A stretch of DNA of 64,000 bases from Panacagrimonas sp. (GTDB taxonomy: Bacteria; Pseudomonadota; Gammaproteobacteria; Nevskiales; Nevskiaceae). Shown in pieces: positions 39,383 through 48,623 of this stretch; position 1 is the first letter of the stretch, and every line of letters begins with the position of its first letter. The position numbers and the translations under genes are program-made. The notes under the pieces are model-generated. The model ran no database searches. It saw only the letters and a list, made by a program, of their open reading frames with translations, and was not told where the DNA came from. The stretch lies in the NCBI RefSeq assembly GCF_965216805.1, contig NZ_CBDCGN010000003.1:953841-1017840 (forward strand). The letters are read 5' to 3'.

Positions 39383-40681
39383 TCACCTCGACGGCAACTC
39401 GTCGAACACCACGCGACCGCCGTGCAGGGTCAGGCAGACCCGCCCGGGCAGGTCCCAGCCGCGAAAAGGCGTGTTGCGACCCGCGCTGCGCCAGGCCTCC
39501 GGGTTCACGGTGCAGGGCGAACGCGGGTGCACCAGGGTCAGGTTGGCCGGTGCCCCCGCGGCGATGCTCCCGGCGGTCACGCCAAGGACCTGCGCCGGTC
39601 CGGTGCTGAGACGCTCGGCCAGTTGCAGCGGATCGAGCACGCCGTCTGCCACCAACTGCAGGCCCAGCGGCAGCAGGGTCTCCAGACCCGAGATGCCGGG
39701 TTCGGTCAGCGGAAACGGATTGATCTTGGCGTCCGCCTCGTGGGGCTGGTGATCCGAGCAGATGGCGGCGATGGCGCCACGCTGCACGCCCGCGCGCAGG
39801 GCCTCGCGATCGTCCACCGAACGCAGCGGTGGCAGCACATGGCACTGCGCGTTGAAGCCTTCCACGTCCTTGGCGGTCAGAAACAGTTGATGCGCGGCTA
39901 CATCCGCCGTCACCCGCAGGCCGTTGCGTCGTGCCGCTTCCACCATTTCCACCCCGCGCGCCGTCGACAGGCGGCCGAAGTGCACGGCCGCGCCGGTGTC
40001 CTCCACCAGCGAGATCCAGAAACGGATCGCCGATACCTCCGCCGCAACGGGAATGGGGGCCAGACCCAGGCGTGTGGCGACCGGACCTTCATGGGCGCAA
40101 CCCTGATTGGCCAGGGCCGGGTTCTGCGCAAACACATGCACGGTCAGATCCAGACCCTGCGCGTATTCCAGCGCGCGGCGGCCGACCAGCGAGTCGCGCA
40201 GGCCGAAGGCCGCGTTGCTCACGCCCACGCAGCCGGCCTGTTTGAGCGCGCTCATTTCGGCCAGCGCTTCGCCCGCCAGATTCTGGGTGAGCGCTCCGAG
40301 CATGTAGACATCGAGCCCGCCGCTCCGGGCTGCGATGCCGCGCACGCGATCGGCGACCGCGGGCGTGGCGATGGGAGGTTGCGTATCCGGCGGCAGGGTG
40401 ATGGCGGTGATGCCGGCAGCCTGCGCCGCGCAAGTCTCCGACGCGAAGCTGGCCTTATGGGTTTGCCCGGGCTCGCGAAAGCGCGCGGCCAGATCGACGA
40501 TGCCCGGCATCAGCCACAGTCCGCGGGCGTCGATCACTTCGTCGAAACTGCCTTCGGGTCGTTGCGCGCCCAGCGACTGGACGACCCCGTTGCGCACCGC
40601 GACGAAACCCTCGCCGTCGAAGCCGCTGACGGGGTCGAGCACGTGGGCGTCGGCGATGAGCAGGACGTGGTCAGAAGCCAC
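39383..40681 (-). CDS. pyrC: dihydroorotase-like protein, probably the non-catalytic PyrC' type
   Basis: Amidohydrolase-type sequence (PGIVD...[22 protein letters not shown]). The metal-binding HxH is replaced by AAR. It overlaps pyrB. Confidence 0.88.
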   Translation of the reverse strand: MASDHVLLIADAHVLDPVSGFDGEGFVAVRNGVVQSLGAQRPEGSFDEVIDARGLWLMPGIVDLAARFREPGQTHKASFASETCAAQAAGITAITLPPDTQPPIATPAVADRVRGIAARSGGLDVYMLGALTQNLAGEALAEMSALKQAGCVGVSNAAFGLRDSLVGRRALEYAQGLDLTVHVFAQNPALANQGCAHEGPVATRLGLAPIPVAAEVSAIRFWISLVEDTGAAVHFGRLSTARGVEMVEAARRNGLRVTADVAAHQLFLTAKDVEGFNAQCHVLPPLRSVDDREALRAGVQRGAIAAICSDHQPHEADAKINPFPLTEPGISGLETLLPLGLQLVADGVLDPLQLAERLSTGPAQVLGVTAGSIAAGAPANLTLVHPRSPCTVNPEAWRSAGRNTPFRGWDLPGRVCLTLHGGRVVFDELPSR

Positions 40682-41672
40682 CGCCGCCTCCCTTCGATTC
40701 CCGATTTCCGATTCCCGATTCCCGGCTTTCGAGAATCATGTCCATCACCGCCATGCGCACCAGGATGCCGTTGGCGACCTGGTCGAGAATCAGCGAGCGT
40801 TCCGAGTAGGCCAGATCACCGGAAATCTCCACGCCGCGATTGATCGGCCCCGGGTGCATCACCACCGCATCCGGCTTGAGGCGCGCAAAGCGCTCGCGAG
40901 TCAGGCCGAAATCACGATGAAATTCGGCGGCCGAAGGCAGGAAGGCGCCGAGCATGCGTTCCTTCTGCAGGCGCAGCAGCATCACCACGTCGACGCCGTC
41001 CAGGCCGGCATCGAGCGAGTGAAACACGCGCACCCCCATGTGCTCGATTCCCGCCGGAACCAGGGTGGGTGGCGCCACCACTCGGATGTCCTTGCAGCCC
41101 AGGATGCGCAGACCGTGGATATCCGAGCGCGCCACCCGCGAGTGCAGCACATCGCCGACGATGGCCACGCGCAACCCGGCCGGATCGCCCTTGCGTGCGC
41201 GGATGGTGTAGAGGTCCAGCAAGGCCTGGGTGGGATGCGCGTGGCGGCCGTCGCCGGCATTCAGAATCGCCACGCCCGGTGCGGCGTGCTCGGCAAAGAA
41301 ATGTGCCGCGCCGCTGGCGTCGTGGCGGATCACGAACATGTCCGCCTGCATCGCCTCCATGGTCTTGAGGGTGTCCAGCAAGGTCTCGCCCTTGGTGGTG
41401 CTGGACGCCGATACCTGCAGGTTGATCACGTCCGCCGACAAGCGCTTGGCCGCGACTTCGAACGTCGATCGCGTGCGCGTCGAAGGTTCGAAAAACAGAT
41501 TGACGATGGTGCGCCCGCGCAGATTGGGCAGCTTCTTGTCGGGGCCGGAAACGGCCTCCGAGAATTCCGCCGCGCGATCGAGAATGGATACGATCAAGTC
41601 CCTCGGCAGTTCATCCATCGACAGCAGGTGACGCAGGCGTCCTTGCGGGTCGAGTTGGAGAGGGCGGCTCAT
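40671..41672 (-). CDS. pyrB: aspartate carbamoyltransferase catalytic subunit
   Basis: [55 protein letters not shown] and [12 protein letters not shown] motifs. Confidence 0.97.
   Translation of the reverse strand: MSRPLQLDPQGRLRHLLSMDELPRDLIVSILDRAAEFSEAVSGPDKKLPNLRGRTIVNLFFEPSTRTRSTFEVAAKRLSADVINLQVSASSTTKGETLLDTLKTMEAMQADMFVIRHDASGAAHFFAEHAAPGVAILNAGDGRHAHPTQALLDLYTIRARKGDPAGLRVAIVGDVLHSRVARSDIHGLRILGCKDIRVVAPPTLVPAGIEHMGVRVFHSLDAGLDGVDVVMLLRLQKERMLGAFLPSAAEFHRDFGLTRERFARLKPDAVVMHPGPINRGVEISGDLAYSERSLILDQVANGILVRMAVMDMILESRESGIGNRESKGGGGGF
40696..40723. repeat. heptamer tandem repeat (GATTCCC)x4 in the pyrB 3' end
   Basis: gattccc gatttcc gattccc gattccc, with one mismatch. Confidence 0.8.
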
Positions 41673-41745
41673 ACGGGCGGCGATTGTCGCCGTTGCGTCG
41701 GCGCCGCCGCAAATCGATTCGCCCGGCCCTGCCGGACTCGCCGCG

Positions 41746-42168
41746 CTAGCGGATCGACTGCTCGGCCAGCCACTGTTCCAGAATCACTCGCGCGGCTTCG
41801 CCATCGCGATCGCCCTTGCGCACGCGGCGTTTCATGCGTCCGCTGGCGCGGGCGTCGCGTAGCGCGTCGTCGGCGGCGCGCGAGGAATAGCGCTCGTCGG
41901 CCAGATGCACGCAAAGCCCGCTGCGCCGTCGCAACTGTTCCGCGAACTGGCGTGCCAGGGTGGTGATGTCCTGCTCGCCGCCGTCCTCGTCCAACGGCAG
42001 GCCCACGATCAGCGCCTCGGGCCGCCATTGCGTCAGCAGTCGCTCGATCCCCGGCCAGTCGGGTTGCGTTGACGACCTCAGCGCCGGCAGCGCCCGCGCC
42101 GTGCCGGTGAGCGTGTCGCCCACCGCAACGCCGATGCGCTTATGGCCGAAGTCGAAAGCGAGAAACAT
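41746..42168 (-). CDS. ruvX: YqgF/RuvX pre-16S rRNA nuclease / Holliday junction resolvase-like protein
   Basis: [27 protein letters not shown] and [10 protein letters not shown] motifs. Confidence 0.93.
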   Translation of the reverse strand: MFLAFDFGHKRIGVAVGDTLTGTARALPALRSSTQPDWPGIERLLTQWRPEALIVGLPLDEDGGEQDITTLARQFAEQLRRRSGLCVHLADERYSSRAADDALRDARASGRMKRRVRKGDRDGEAARVILEQWLAEQSIR

Positions 42169-42366
42169 GATTTAGGCGTTAGGGCCGGAGCGACACGAGC
42201 TTACGCGAGTGCCTGGCCTTGGCACTCGCGTGCGTCGGTCCGGCGGGCGGTAGCCCCGGAGCGGCCTGAGATGCCGGGCAGGGCTTACGCCCAAAGCGCG
42301 CAGCGCACGTCCTTACGCCTGAATTTGGGCTACCCCTGACTCCACTCAATGAAGCTTATATGTAGG

Positions 42367-42588
42367 TTAGTCATACACATCAGGTAGGCCGCCTGACACC
42401 AGAAGGATTAAATCTCTTTCCGATTTGTCCCTGTACCCATCTTTTGCCTTTCGCATCGCGAAGATGTGCCCAGACCCAGGATTGTTCTCTAATCCTTCTG
42501 CCTGAAGAAATTTTGCGTACTCATCCTTGATCCGCTGATCATCTAAGTGTTTCCAGTACAGCTCATTAGGTGTGCCGTTCTTTGCCAC
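42367..42588 (-). CDS. AT-rich 73-aa orphan hypothetical protein
   Basis: GTG start with GAGG upstream. 42361-42600 is 47% GC by hand count, well below the flanking genes. An open frame in AT-rich DNA is less likely to arise by chance. Confidence 0.55.
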   Translation of the reverse strand: MAKNGTPNELYWKHLDDQRIKDEYAKFLQAEGLENNPGSGHIFAMRKAKDGYRDKSERDLILLVSGGLPDVYD

Positions 42589-42639
42589 AAGAGCCTCATG
42601 TGTCGCGAGATCTGCCTAACGCCTCGTTCGACGCCTGCT

Positions 42640-43344
42640 TCAGGCGTGCCCCGCACCGCTGCCGATCTGGGTGACGTCCAGGCCCAGCAGGCGCGTCGCC
42701 GACTGCCAGCGGTTGCGCGCCGGAAGATGGAACAGCACCTGGCGGTCCACCGGCGTGTTGAGCCAGGAGTTCTGCAGGATCTCGTCCTCGAGCTGGCCCG
42801 CGCCCCAGCCGGCGTAGCCCAGGGTGACCAGGAATTCCTTGGGGCCGCGGCCTTCGCCGATGGCGGCCAGCACATCGCGCGAGGTGGTGATGAACAACTC
42901 GTTGCCGATCGGCATGCAGGATTCCCAGCCGCCGGGTTCGCGATGCACCACGAAGCCGCGCTCGGGCTGCACCGGGCCACCCCAGAACACCACATGGTCC
43001 ACCGCATCCATCGACTCGTGCGCCACGCCCATCTGGTCGAGCATCGCGGTCAAGGTCAGATCGGTAGGCCGGTTGATGACCAGCCCGATAGCGCCGCTGT
43101 CGTTGTGTTCGCACAGCAGCGACACGGTCTGGCGGAAGTTCTCGTCCTCCAGCCCCGGCATGGCGACCAGGAACTGGTTCTTCAGAGTAGAGGCCAGGTC
43201 CTGCAAGAAGCGCTCGGAGCGCAACTGGGCCTCGGCCTTGGGCTCGTCGCCGTCGTGGGCTTCGAGCGCGCTGCGGCAGTCGGCCAGCGGGGCGCCGGTG
43301 GCCTTGCGCAGGCGGCGGACAGCGGTGGTGGTGATGCGTGGCAT
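42640..43344 (-). CDS. yqgE: YqgE/AlgH family protein with N-terminal EF-Ts-like UBA domain
   Basis: FLVAMPGLEDENFRQTV, EHNDSGAIGLVINRP, GGPVQPERGFVVH, LGYAGWGAGQLEDEI motifs. The N-terminal 45 aa resemble the EF-Ts N-terminus. Confidence 0.9.
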   Translation of the reverse strand: MPRITTTAVRRLRKATGAPLADCRSALEAHDGDEPKAEAQLRSERFLQDLASTLKNQFLVAMPGLEDENFRQTVSLLCEHNDSGAIGLVINRPTDLTLTAMLDQMGVAHESMDAVDHVVFWGGPVQPERGFVVHREPGGWESCMPIGNELFITTSRDVLAAIGEGRGPKEFLVTLGYAGWGAGQLEDEILQNSWLNTPVDRQVLFHLPARNRWQSATRLLGLDVTQIGSGAGHA

Positions 43345-43387
43345 GGGGTGCAGTATCCGGCGCCGGCTCGGGCCGGGCAAGACGGCC

Positions 43388-44353
43388 TCAGTCCTGGCCG
43401 GCGAAGCGGCGTGCCAGCGCGTCCATCAGCTTGCCGCCGATATCGGTGCCGTAGGCGGCATCGATTTCGCGCGCGCAGGTGGGGCTGGTGACATTGATCT
43501 CGGTCAGGTACTCGCCGATCACGTCCAGACCCACGAACACCAGGCCGCGGCGGCGCAGTTCGGGTCCGACCGCGGCGGCGATACGCCGATCGGCGTCGGA
43601 CAGCGGCTGCGGCCGGCCGCTGCCTCCAGCCGCCAGGTTGCCGCGCGTCTCGCCGGCCATGGGAACCCGCGCCAGGCAGTAAGGCACCGGCTCGCCGTCG
43701 ATCATCAGCACGCGCTTGTCGCCGTCGACGATGGCCGGCAGATACTTCTGCGCGACAATCATGCGCTGACCCTGATCGCTGAGCTGCTCGATCACCGCGC
43801 CCAGGTTCAGCCCGTCGGCCCCCACCCGAAAGATGCCGCTGCCGCCCATGCCGTCCAGCGGCTTGTAGATGACATCGCCGTGCTCGGCATGAAAGGCCCG
43901 CAAGGTCGCGGCATCGCGCGCGAACAGGGTCGGGGGGGCCAGCTCGGCAAACCAGGCGGTGAACAGTTTTTCGTTGCAGTCGCGCAGGCTTTGCGGCCTG
44001 TTGAGCACCTGCACGCCAAGCGCCTCCGCGCGTTCGAGCACGTAGGTGCTGGCGATGTAGTGCATGTCGAACGGCGGGTCCTTGCGCATCAGCACGGCAT
44101 CGAGTTCGCCCAGCGGCAGCACGCGCGCCTCGCCCTGCCATTCGAACCAGCGACTGCGGTCGTCGCGCACGCTCACTGTTCGCATGCGGCCGAACGGCAG
44201 GCCGTCGCGCACCAACAGGTCGGACTGCTCCAGGTATTCCAGGTGCCATCCGCGTGCCTGCGCCGCCAGCATCAGCGCCAGGGTGGTGTCCTTGTAAGGC
44301 TTGATGGACCCGATGGGGTCCATGACGATGCCGATGCGTCGGGTCTTGCTCAT
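43388..44353 (-). CDS. gshB: glutathione synthetase
   Basis: IVMDPI...KDTT, VLMRKDPPF, NEKL, KPLDGMGGSGIF, DGDKRV, RGNLAAGG, GLDVIG and EINVTSPT motifs. Confidence 0.97.
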   Translation of the reverse strand: MSKTRRIGIVMDPIGSIKPYKDTTLALMLAAQARGWHLEYLEQSDLLVRDGLPFGRMRTVSVRDDRSRWFEWQGEARVLPLGELDAVLMRKDPPFDMHYIASTYVLERAEALGVQVLNRPQSLRDCNEKLFTAWFAELAPPTLFARDAATLRAFHAEHGDVIYKPLDGMGGSGIFRVGADGLNLGAVIEQLSDQGQRMIVAQKYLPAIVDGDKRVLMIDGEPVPYCLARVPMAGETRGNLAAGGSGRPQPLSDADRRIAAAVGPELRRRGLVFVGLDVIGEYLTEINVTSPTCAREIDAAYGTDIGGKLMDALARRFAGQD

Positions 44354-44414
44354 AGCTCTGTCATCGCGTGCTTGCGCGTTGGCGCCATCCTAGCCCGTCG
44401 GCGCAGCACCGGCT

Positions 44415-47400
44415 TCAGGCTTGCGACTGCAGGCGTCGCAGCAGGGCATAAGCGCCCTGGGCCTGCAGGCCGGGGATCAGCGACGCGCCCAGCGCCGGAT
44501 CGGCGGCGTGACCGTGCGTACGCAATTCGATCAGCACGCGTGCCTGCTCGTTGAGCATCGCGGCGCTTCGTGCGCAGACCAGCGCCGACTGCCACAGGCG
44601 CAGCGCGCGTGCGCTGCGCCGCTCGATCCAATCCAGCCGGGCCTGCAGGGTCTGCGCACGGATGCGAACGTTTCCGAAGGTTCGCGACAGCCCCCGCAGG
44701 CGCCGACAGCCGGCCTGCGCGTCGGCCAGCAGGGCGTCGTGACGGTTCCGGGAAAAGGCGTCGTTGCGTTCGATCAGGTCCAGCACCACCTCCACGGTGG
44801 TGGCGTAGAAATCGGCCCAGTGATAGCCGGCCGGAGGCTGTGCGTGCACCATCCGGTAGACCACCTGGCAGGCGCTGTAGGCTGCTTCGGGCTGGTCCTG
44901 GGCCAGCCGCACGCGCGCGGTCATGCGCTGTTTTTCGATGGCGCTGTAACCGTCCTGCGGCGGCGTGGAAATCTGCAGCGCGGTTGCCAGCACACGATCC
45001 GCAGCGTCCAGCTCGGCACGGCCCAGATGGGTTTCGGCCTGGTCCAGCAGGCTCCAGCATTCGATCTGTGCGTTGCCGATACGCTGCGCCAGACGCAGCG
45101 CCCGCGACCAAGCCTGCTCGGCGCCGGAAAAATCCTCCTGGCACAGCAGAAATGTCGAGCGCACGACACAGGCTTCCGCCTCCAGAGTCTGGTCGCCGAG
45201 CTCGCGAATCAGTCGCAGCGCGTGATCGTTGGCGCGCCGGGCCTCCTGCCATCGTCCCTGCTGCGCCTGCAGGATGGCGTGGTAGTGCCAGACCTGGGGC
45301 GCGGCATCGCGGCCGGCCTCGCTTTGCGCAACCGCCTGCGCACGCGCCGAGTATCGCCGCGCCGGCCGCGACAGCCCGATCACGCCGGCCATGATCGAAC
45401 TGCCGGCGAGCACCCGGGCCAGTGCCGCCGAAGGTGCGCCTTGCTCGGCCAGGTTGAGTCCGGCCAGGGTCACCAGCAGCAGACGCTCGGCCGGTTCGCC
45501 GTTGAGGTAGTAGATCTGTCCGAGCTTGGAATAGCACTCCACGACCAGGTCGATCTCGGGCTGGCGCGCCGCCAGCCGGCCCTGCACCGCGGCCGGGCGC
45601 AAACGGTGCAGGGTCTGCTGCAGGACCCGACCCAGCAGGCGCCTGCGGGTGGCGGCCAGCGCCTTCGGCAGCGGCTGGTCCAGCAGGCTGGCCACGGTTT
45701 CCAGGTGATCCCGGCTGGGGCCCAGTTCGCCCAGAAAGTACAACGCCATGCCCAGGCCGCGATGCCAGCGCGCGCGGCGTCCGGCGGAGGTGGCGATCGC
45801 CGACTCGCTCTGCAGCTGCAGCGCGCGTCCGAACAGGCGGCGCGCCTCCTGAAAGGCGCCGGCCCGCAGCGACTGGTCGCCCGCCAGCTCCAGGTAGTTG
45901 AGCGTCGGTTCGGTCTGGCCGGCCTCGTCCCAGTGATGGGCCAGCAGGGGATACAGCGGGGGCAGGTCGTCGGCGAAACGCGACTCGTACCAGGCTGCCA
46001 CCGCGGCATGCAGGGGGGCTCGCTGATCGCGGGTCAGCAGCGCGTAGGTGACATCCCGGACGATGGCATGGCGAAAGCTCCAGGAGATTTCGGCGGCGGC
46101 ATCGAGCCACACCAGGCCGCCGTCGCGCGCCGACGCCAGATGGCGGCCGATGTGCTGGCGCTCGGAGGGCACCGGATAGATCGTGCTCAGGGCGTCCTGG
46201 CGGAAGCTTTGACCGAGTACCGAAGCAGCCTTCAGGCATAGCTGCCCCTGCGGCGCCAGCCGGTCCAGCCGACCCAGCACCGCGCTCTCGACCGTCGCCG
46301 GCATGTCGCCACTGGCCAGATCCCCGGCCTCGCAGACGCCGTCGCGCACCCCGATGCGACCGCTGTCCAGCAGCGCGCGTAGCAGTTCGCAGCAGAAATA
46401 GGGATTGCCACCGACTTTCTGGACCAGCACTTCGTCCAGCGCCGGCGGCAACGTGGCCACGCCCAGCGTCTGCCTGGCCAGCGCCAGTAACTCGGCCGCG
46501 GGCATCTCGCGCAGCCGTATCCGCTCGACCTCGGCGCCGCGCGGCCAGGCGCGCAGGCCGGCTTCGGGCCGCGCCGCGATCAGGGTGAGGATGTCGGTGG
46601 CGTTGCGCGCCAGCCAGGCCAGGAATCCGCGCGAGGCCGAGTCCAGCCAGTGCGCGTCCTCCAGCGTGATCAGCAACGGCCGCTGTTCGGCGAAGTAGCC
46701 GAGAATGGCGCGCATCGCCCGGTAGGTGTTCGCCGCACGCACCGTCCCGCTCAACGGGCGCGTCGATGCGCTGTCGCGCACCGAAAGGCCCAGCACCGGG
46801 CCGATCAGCGGCAGCATCTCGGCGATGCCCGCCGCCGCCGAGAAGCGTGCCAGTACGTGCGCGACCAGGGAGTCGCCGTCCAGATCGGCAGGGGTTTCCA
46901 GCAGCGCGGTGAAGATCGGCCGCCAGGCCAGGTAGGGCGTATCGCGGTCGATCACGTCGGTGGCACCGGCGACGTGGCGCAGGCCCAGTTCGCGCGCGCA
47001 GCGCTGGGCGTGGGCCAGCAGCATGGACTTGCCCAGACCGGGCTCGCCTTCGATCAGCATCAGGCCGCCGCGGCCGTCGCGCAGCGCCTGCAGGCGCCGC
47101 TGGATCTGCTCGCGCTCCTCGCTCCGGCCGGTGAGCACCGCATCCTGCTCGTAGCTTCCCTGGCGCCGCCCGAGCGGTCGGCAGATGCGGACCAAGCCGT
47201 CGCGGCCCTTGACCGGGACCGACTCCGCGGGCCCGAAGGCGATGCGCTCGCGCGCGGCATGGGCAGTGGCGTCGTCGCAAAGGACCTCGTCGCGCGCCGC
47301 CTGCATCAGGCGCGTAGCGACGTTGGTGCCGTCGCCGAAGACGCCGAAATCGCGGCGGCGGTCGTTGCCGAAGCCAGCGCAGAACGCGCGCGCCGTTGCC

Positions 47401-48425
47401 ACCCCGATGCCACCTTCGACGCCGAGCTGGCGCAGCGCCGCCAGCATGTCCTGGGCCGCACGCACCGCGCGCTCGGCGTGATGCTCCAGCGCCGCCGGCG
47501 GCAGGCCGAAGTCGCCGGCCACCAGCAGCCCCTTGTCGTCCATGCTCAGGCGCGGGGTGCCGCCGTAGACCTGCAGCAGCGCCTGGAACGTGCGCACGCC
47601 CTCGTGGGCGATCTCCAGGGCCTCCGGCCGGTTCAGGTCCAGTTCGCTCATGCCCACCGCCACCACGGTCACCGGGCGCACTTCTGCAATCCAGGCGGTC
47701 TGGCCGGCGCGGACCCGGTGCAGGACCGCTGCCGGCACCAGTGGCTCCAGGCTCTGGACCGGCACCTCGGGCGCGCTGCGGCGGTGCGCCTGCAGGTCGG
47801 GCAAGACCAGATTCGGCAGGGCGGCGGTCAGCAACCGGTGCGCGGAATCGAGCCGCACGGTCTCCAGCGGACGGCCCAGCGCCACCCAGGCATCGGTGGA
47901 CAGCACCAGCCGGCCGGCCTGGCCGCATTTTTCGGCCGCCACCGCGTCGCTAAGGGCCGAGCCCCCTGCCAGCAGTTCCCAGCGTCCCGCGTGGCCGCCG
48001 GCCAGCGCACCGTGCAGCTGGCCCACCCCGATACCGATGCGGGTGGGGTGGTTGCGACCCAGCGCCCGCTGGATCGCCTGTCCGGCGCAGCCGGCCAGCA
48101 CTGCGGTTTCCGGCAGGTGTTCCGGGGTCTCGGCCGGCCAGGCGCACAGCATCGAGTCGCCGGCAAACGCGAGCACCTCGCCGTCGTGCGCGTGGACGAT
48201 GTCGATCATGCCGCAGAAGTAGCGATCGATCTGCGCGTTCAGATCTTCCAGCTCCGCCCGCCCGCCCGCGGTGGCCTGCTCCACCCGACGGGTAAAGCCC
48301 TGCATGTCGGTGAGCAAAACCGCGGCGTGCCGCAGTGTGAGGCGACGGCTGACGCAGCCGGGATCCTGCGCGAGGTGCGCGCGCACCAGGCGCGGCACGT
48401 AACTGGCGAGGTATCCGCTATCCAT
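44415..48425 (-). CDS. ADCY10 (soluble adenylyl cyclase)-like protein: tandem class III cyclase domains, P-loop (AAA_16/STAND-like) domain, TPR-like helical tail
   Basis: C1 has TDMQGFT and FAGDS. C2 has DDKG and FGDGTNVATRLM. Walker A is GEPGLGKS and Walker B is ITLEDAHWLDSAS. GGNPYF follows, then helical repeats. Confidence 0.88.
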   Translation of the reverse strand: MDSGYLASYVPRLVRAHLAQDPGCVSRRLTLRHAAVLLTDMQGFTRRVEQATAGGRAELEDLNAQIDRYFCGMIDIVHAHDGEVLAFAGDSMLCAWPAETPEHLPETAVLAGCAGQAIQRALGRNHPTRIGIGVGQLHGALAGGHAGRWELLAGGSALSDAVAAEKCGQAGRLVLSTDAWVALGRPLETVRLDSAHRLLTAALPNLVLPDLQAHRRSAPEVPVQSLEPLVPAAVLHRVRAGQTAWIAEVRPVTVVAVGMSELDLNRPEALEIAHEGVRTFQALLQVYGGTPRLSMDDKGLLVAGDFGLPPAALEHHAERAVRAAQDMLAALRQLGVEGGIGVATARAFCAGFGNDRRRDFGVFGDGTNVATRLMQAARDEVLCDDATAHAARERIAFGPAESVPVKGRDGLVRICRPLGRRQGSYEQDAVLTGRSEEREQIQRRLQALRDGRGGLMLIEGEPGLGKSMLLAHAQRCARELGLRHVAGATDVIDRDTPYLAWRPIFTALLETPADLDGDSLVAHVLARFSAAAGIAEMLPLIGPVLGLSVRDSASTRPLSGTVRAANTYRAMRAILGYFAEQRPLLITLEDAHWLDSASRGFLAWLARNATDILTLIAARPEAGLRAWPRGAEVERIRLREMPAAELLALARQTLGVATLPPALDEVLVQKVGGNPYFCCELLRALLDSGRIGVRDGVCEAGDLASGDMPATVESAVLGRLDRLAPQGQLCLKAASVLGQSFRQDALSTIYPVPSERQHIGRHLASARDGGLVWLDAAAEISWSFRHAIVRDVTYALLTRDQRAPLHAAVAAWYESRFADDLPPLYPLLAHHWDEAGQTEPTLNYLELAGDQSLRAGAFQEARRLFGRALQLQSESAIATSAGRRARWHRGLGMALYFLGELGPSRDHLETVASLLDQPLPKALAATRRRLLGRVLQQTLHRLRPAAVQGRLAARQPEIDLVVECYSKLGQIYYLNGEPAERLLLVTLAGLNLAEQGAPSAALARVLAGSSIMAGVIGLSRPARRYSARAQAVAQSEAGRDAAPQVWHYHAILQAQQGRWQEARRANDHALRLIRELGDQTLEAEACVVRSTFLLCQEDFSGAEQAWSRALRLAQRIGNAQIECWSLLDQAETHLGRAELDAADRVLATALQISTPPQDGYSAIEKQRMTARVRLAQDQPEAAYSACQVVYRMVHAQPPAGYHWADFYATTVEVVLDLIERNDAFSRNRHDALLADAQAGCRRLRGLSRTFGNVRIRAQTLQARLDWIERRSARALRLWQSALVCARSAAMLNEQARVLIELRTHGHAADPALGASLIPGLQAQGAYALLRRLQSQA

Positions 48426-48623
48426 CCCTGGTCGATTCGCTTCCCTGTGCGCGCACGACGGTGGCGGTGGGGTGGCAGTCCCAGCGTCGACACGGGTGCC
48501 CGTGTCCGCATGGCCCCGCCGCTTTGACGGGCAGCGGGCGTGCTCTCCACACTAGCCCTAGCTTAACGGGCCGATGGGTGCAGCGGATGCACCCTCAAGC
48601 CCTCGGGGGCGGGGAGGACGGGG

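Noticed and set aside
43345-43380. Upstream start (43380) for yqgE given by the ORF track
   Set aside because: The extra 12 residues look non-coding. ATG 43344 places the EF-Ts-like segment at the N-terminus as in EF-Ts itself.
44350-47928. 1192-aa plus-strand ORF
   Set aside because: It is a low-complexity Arg/Ala/Gly/Pro shadow of the cyclase gene, with no recognisable domain.
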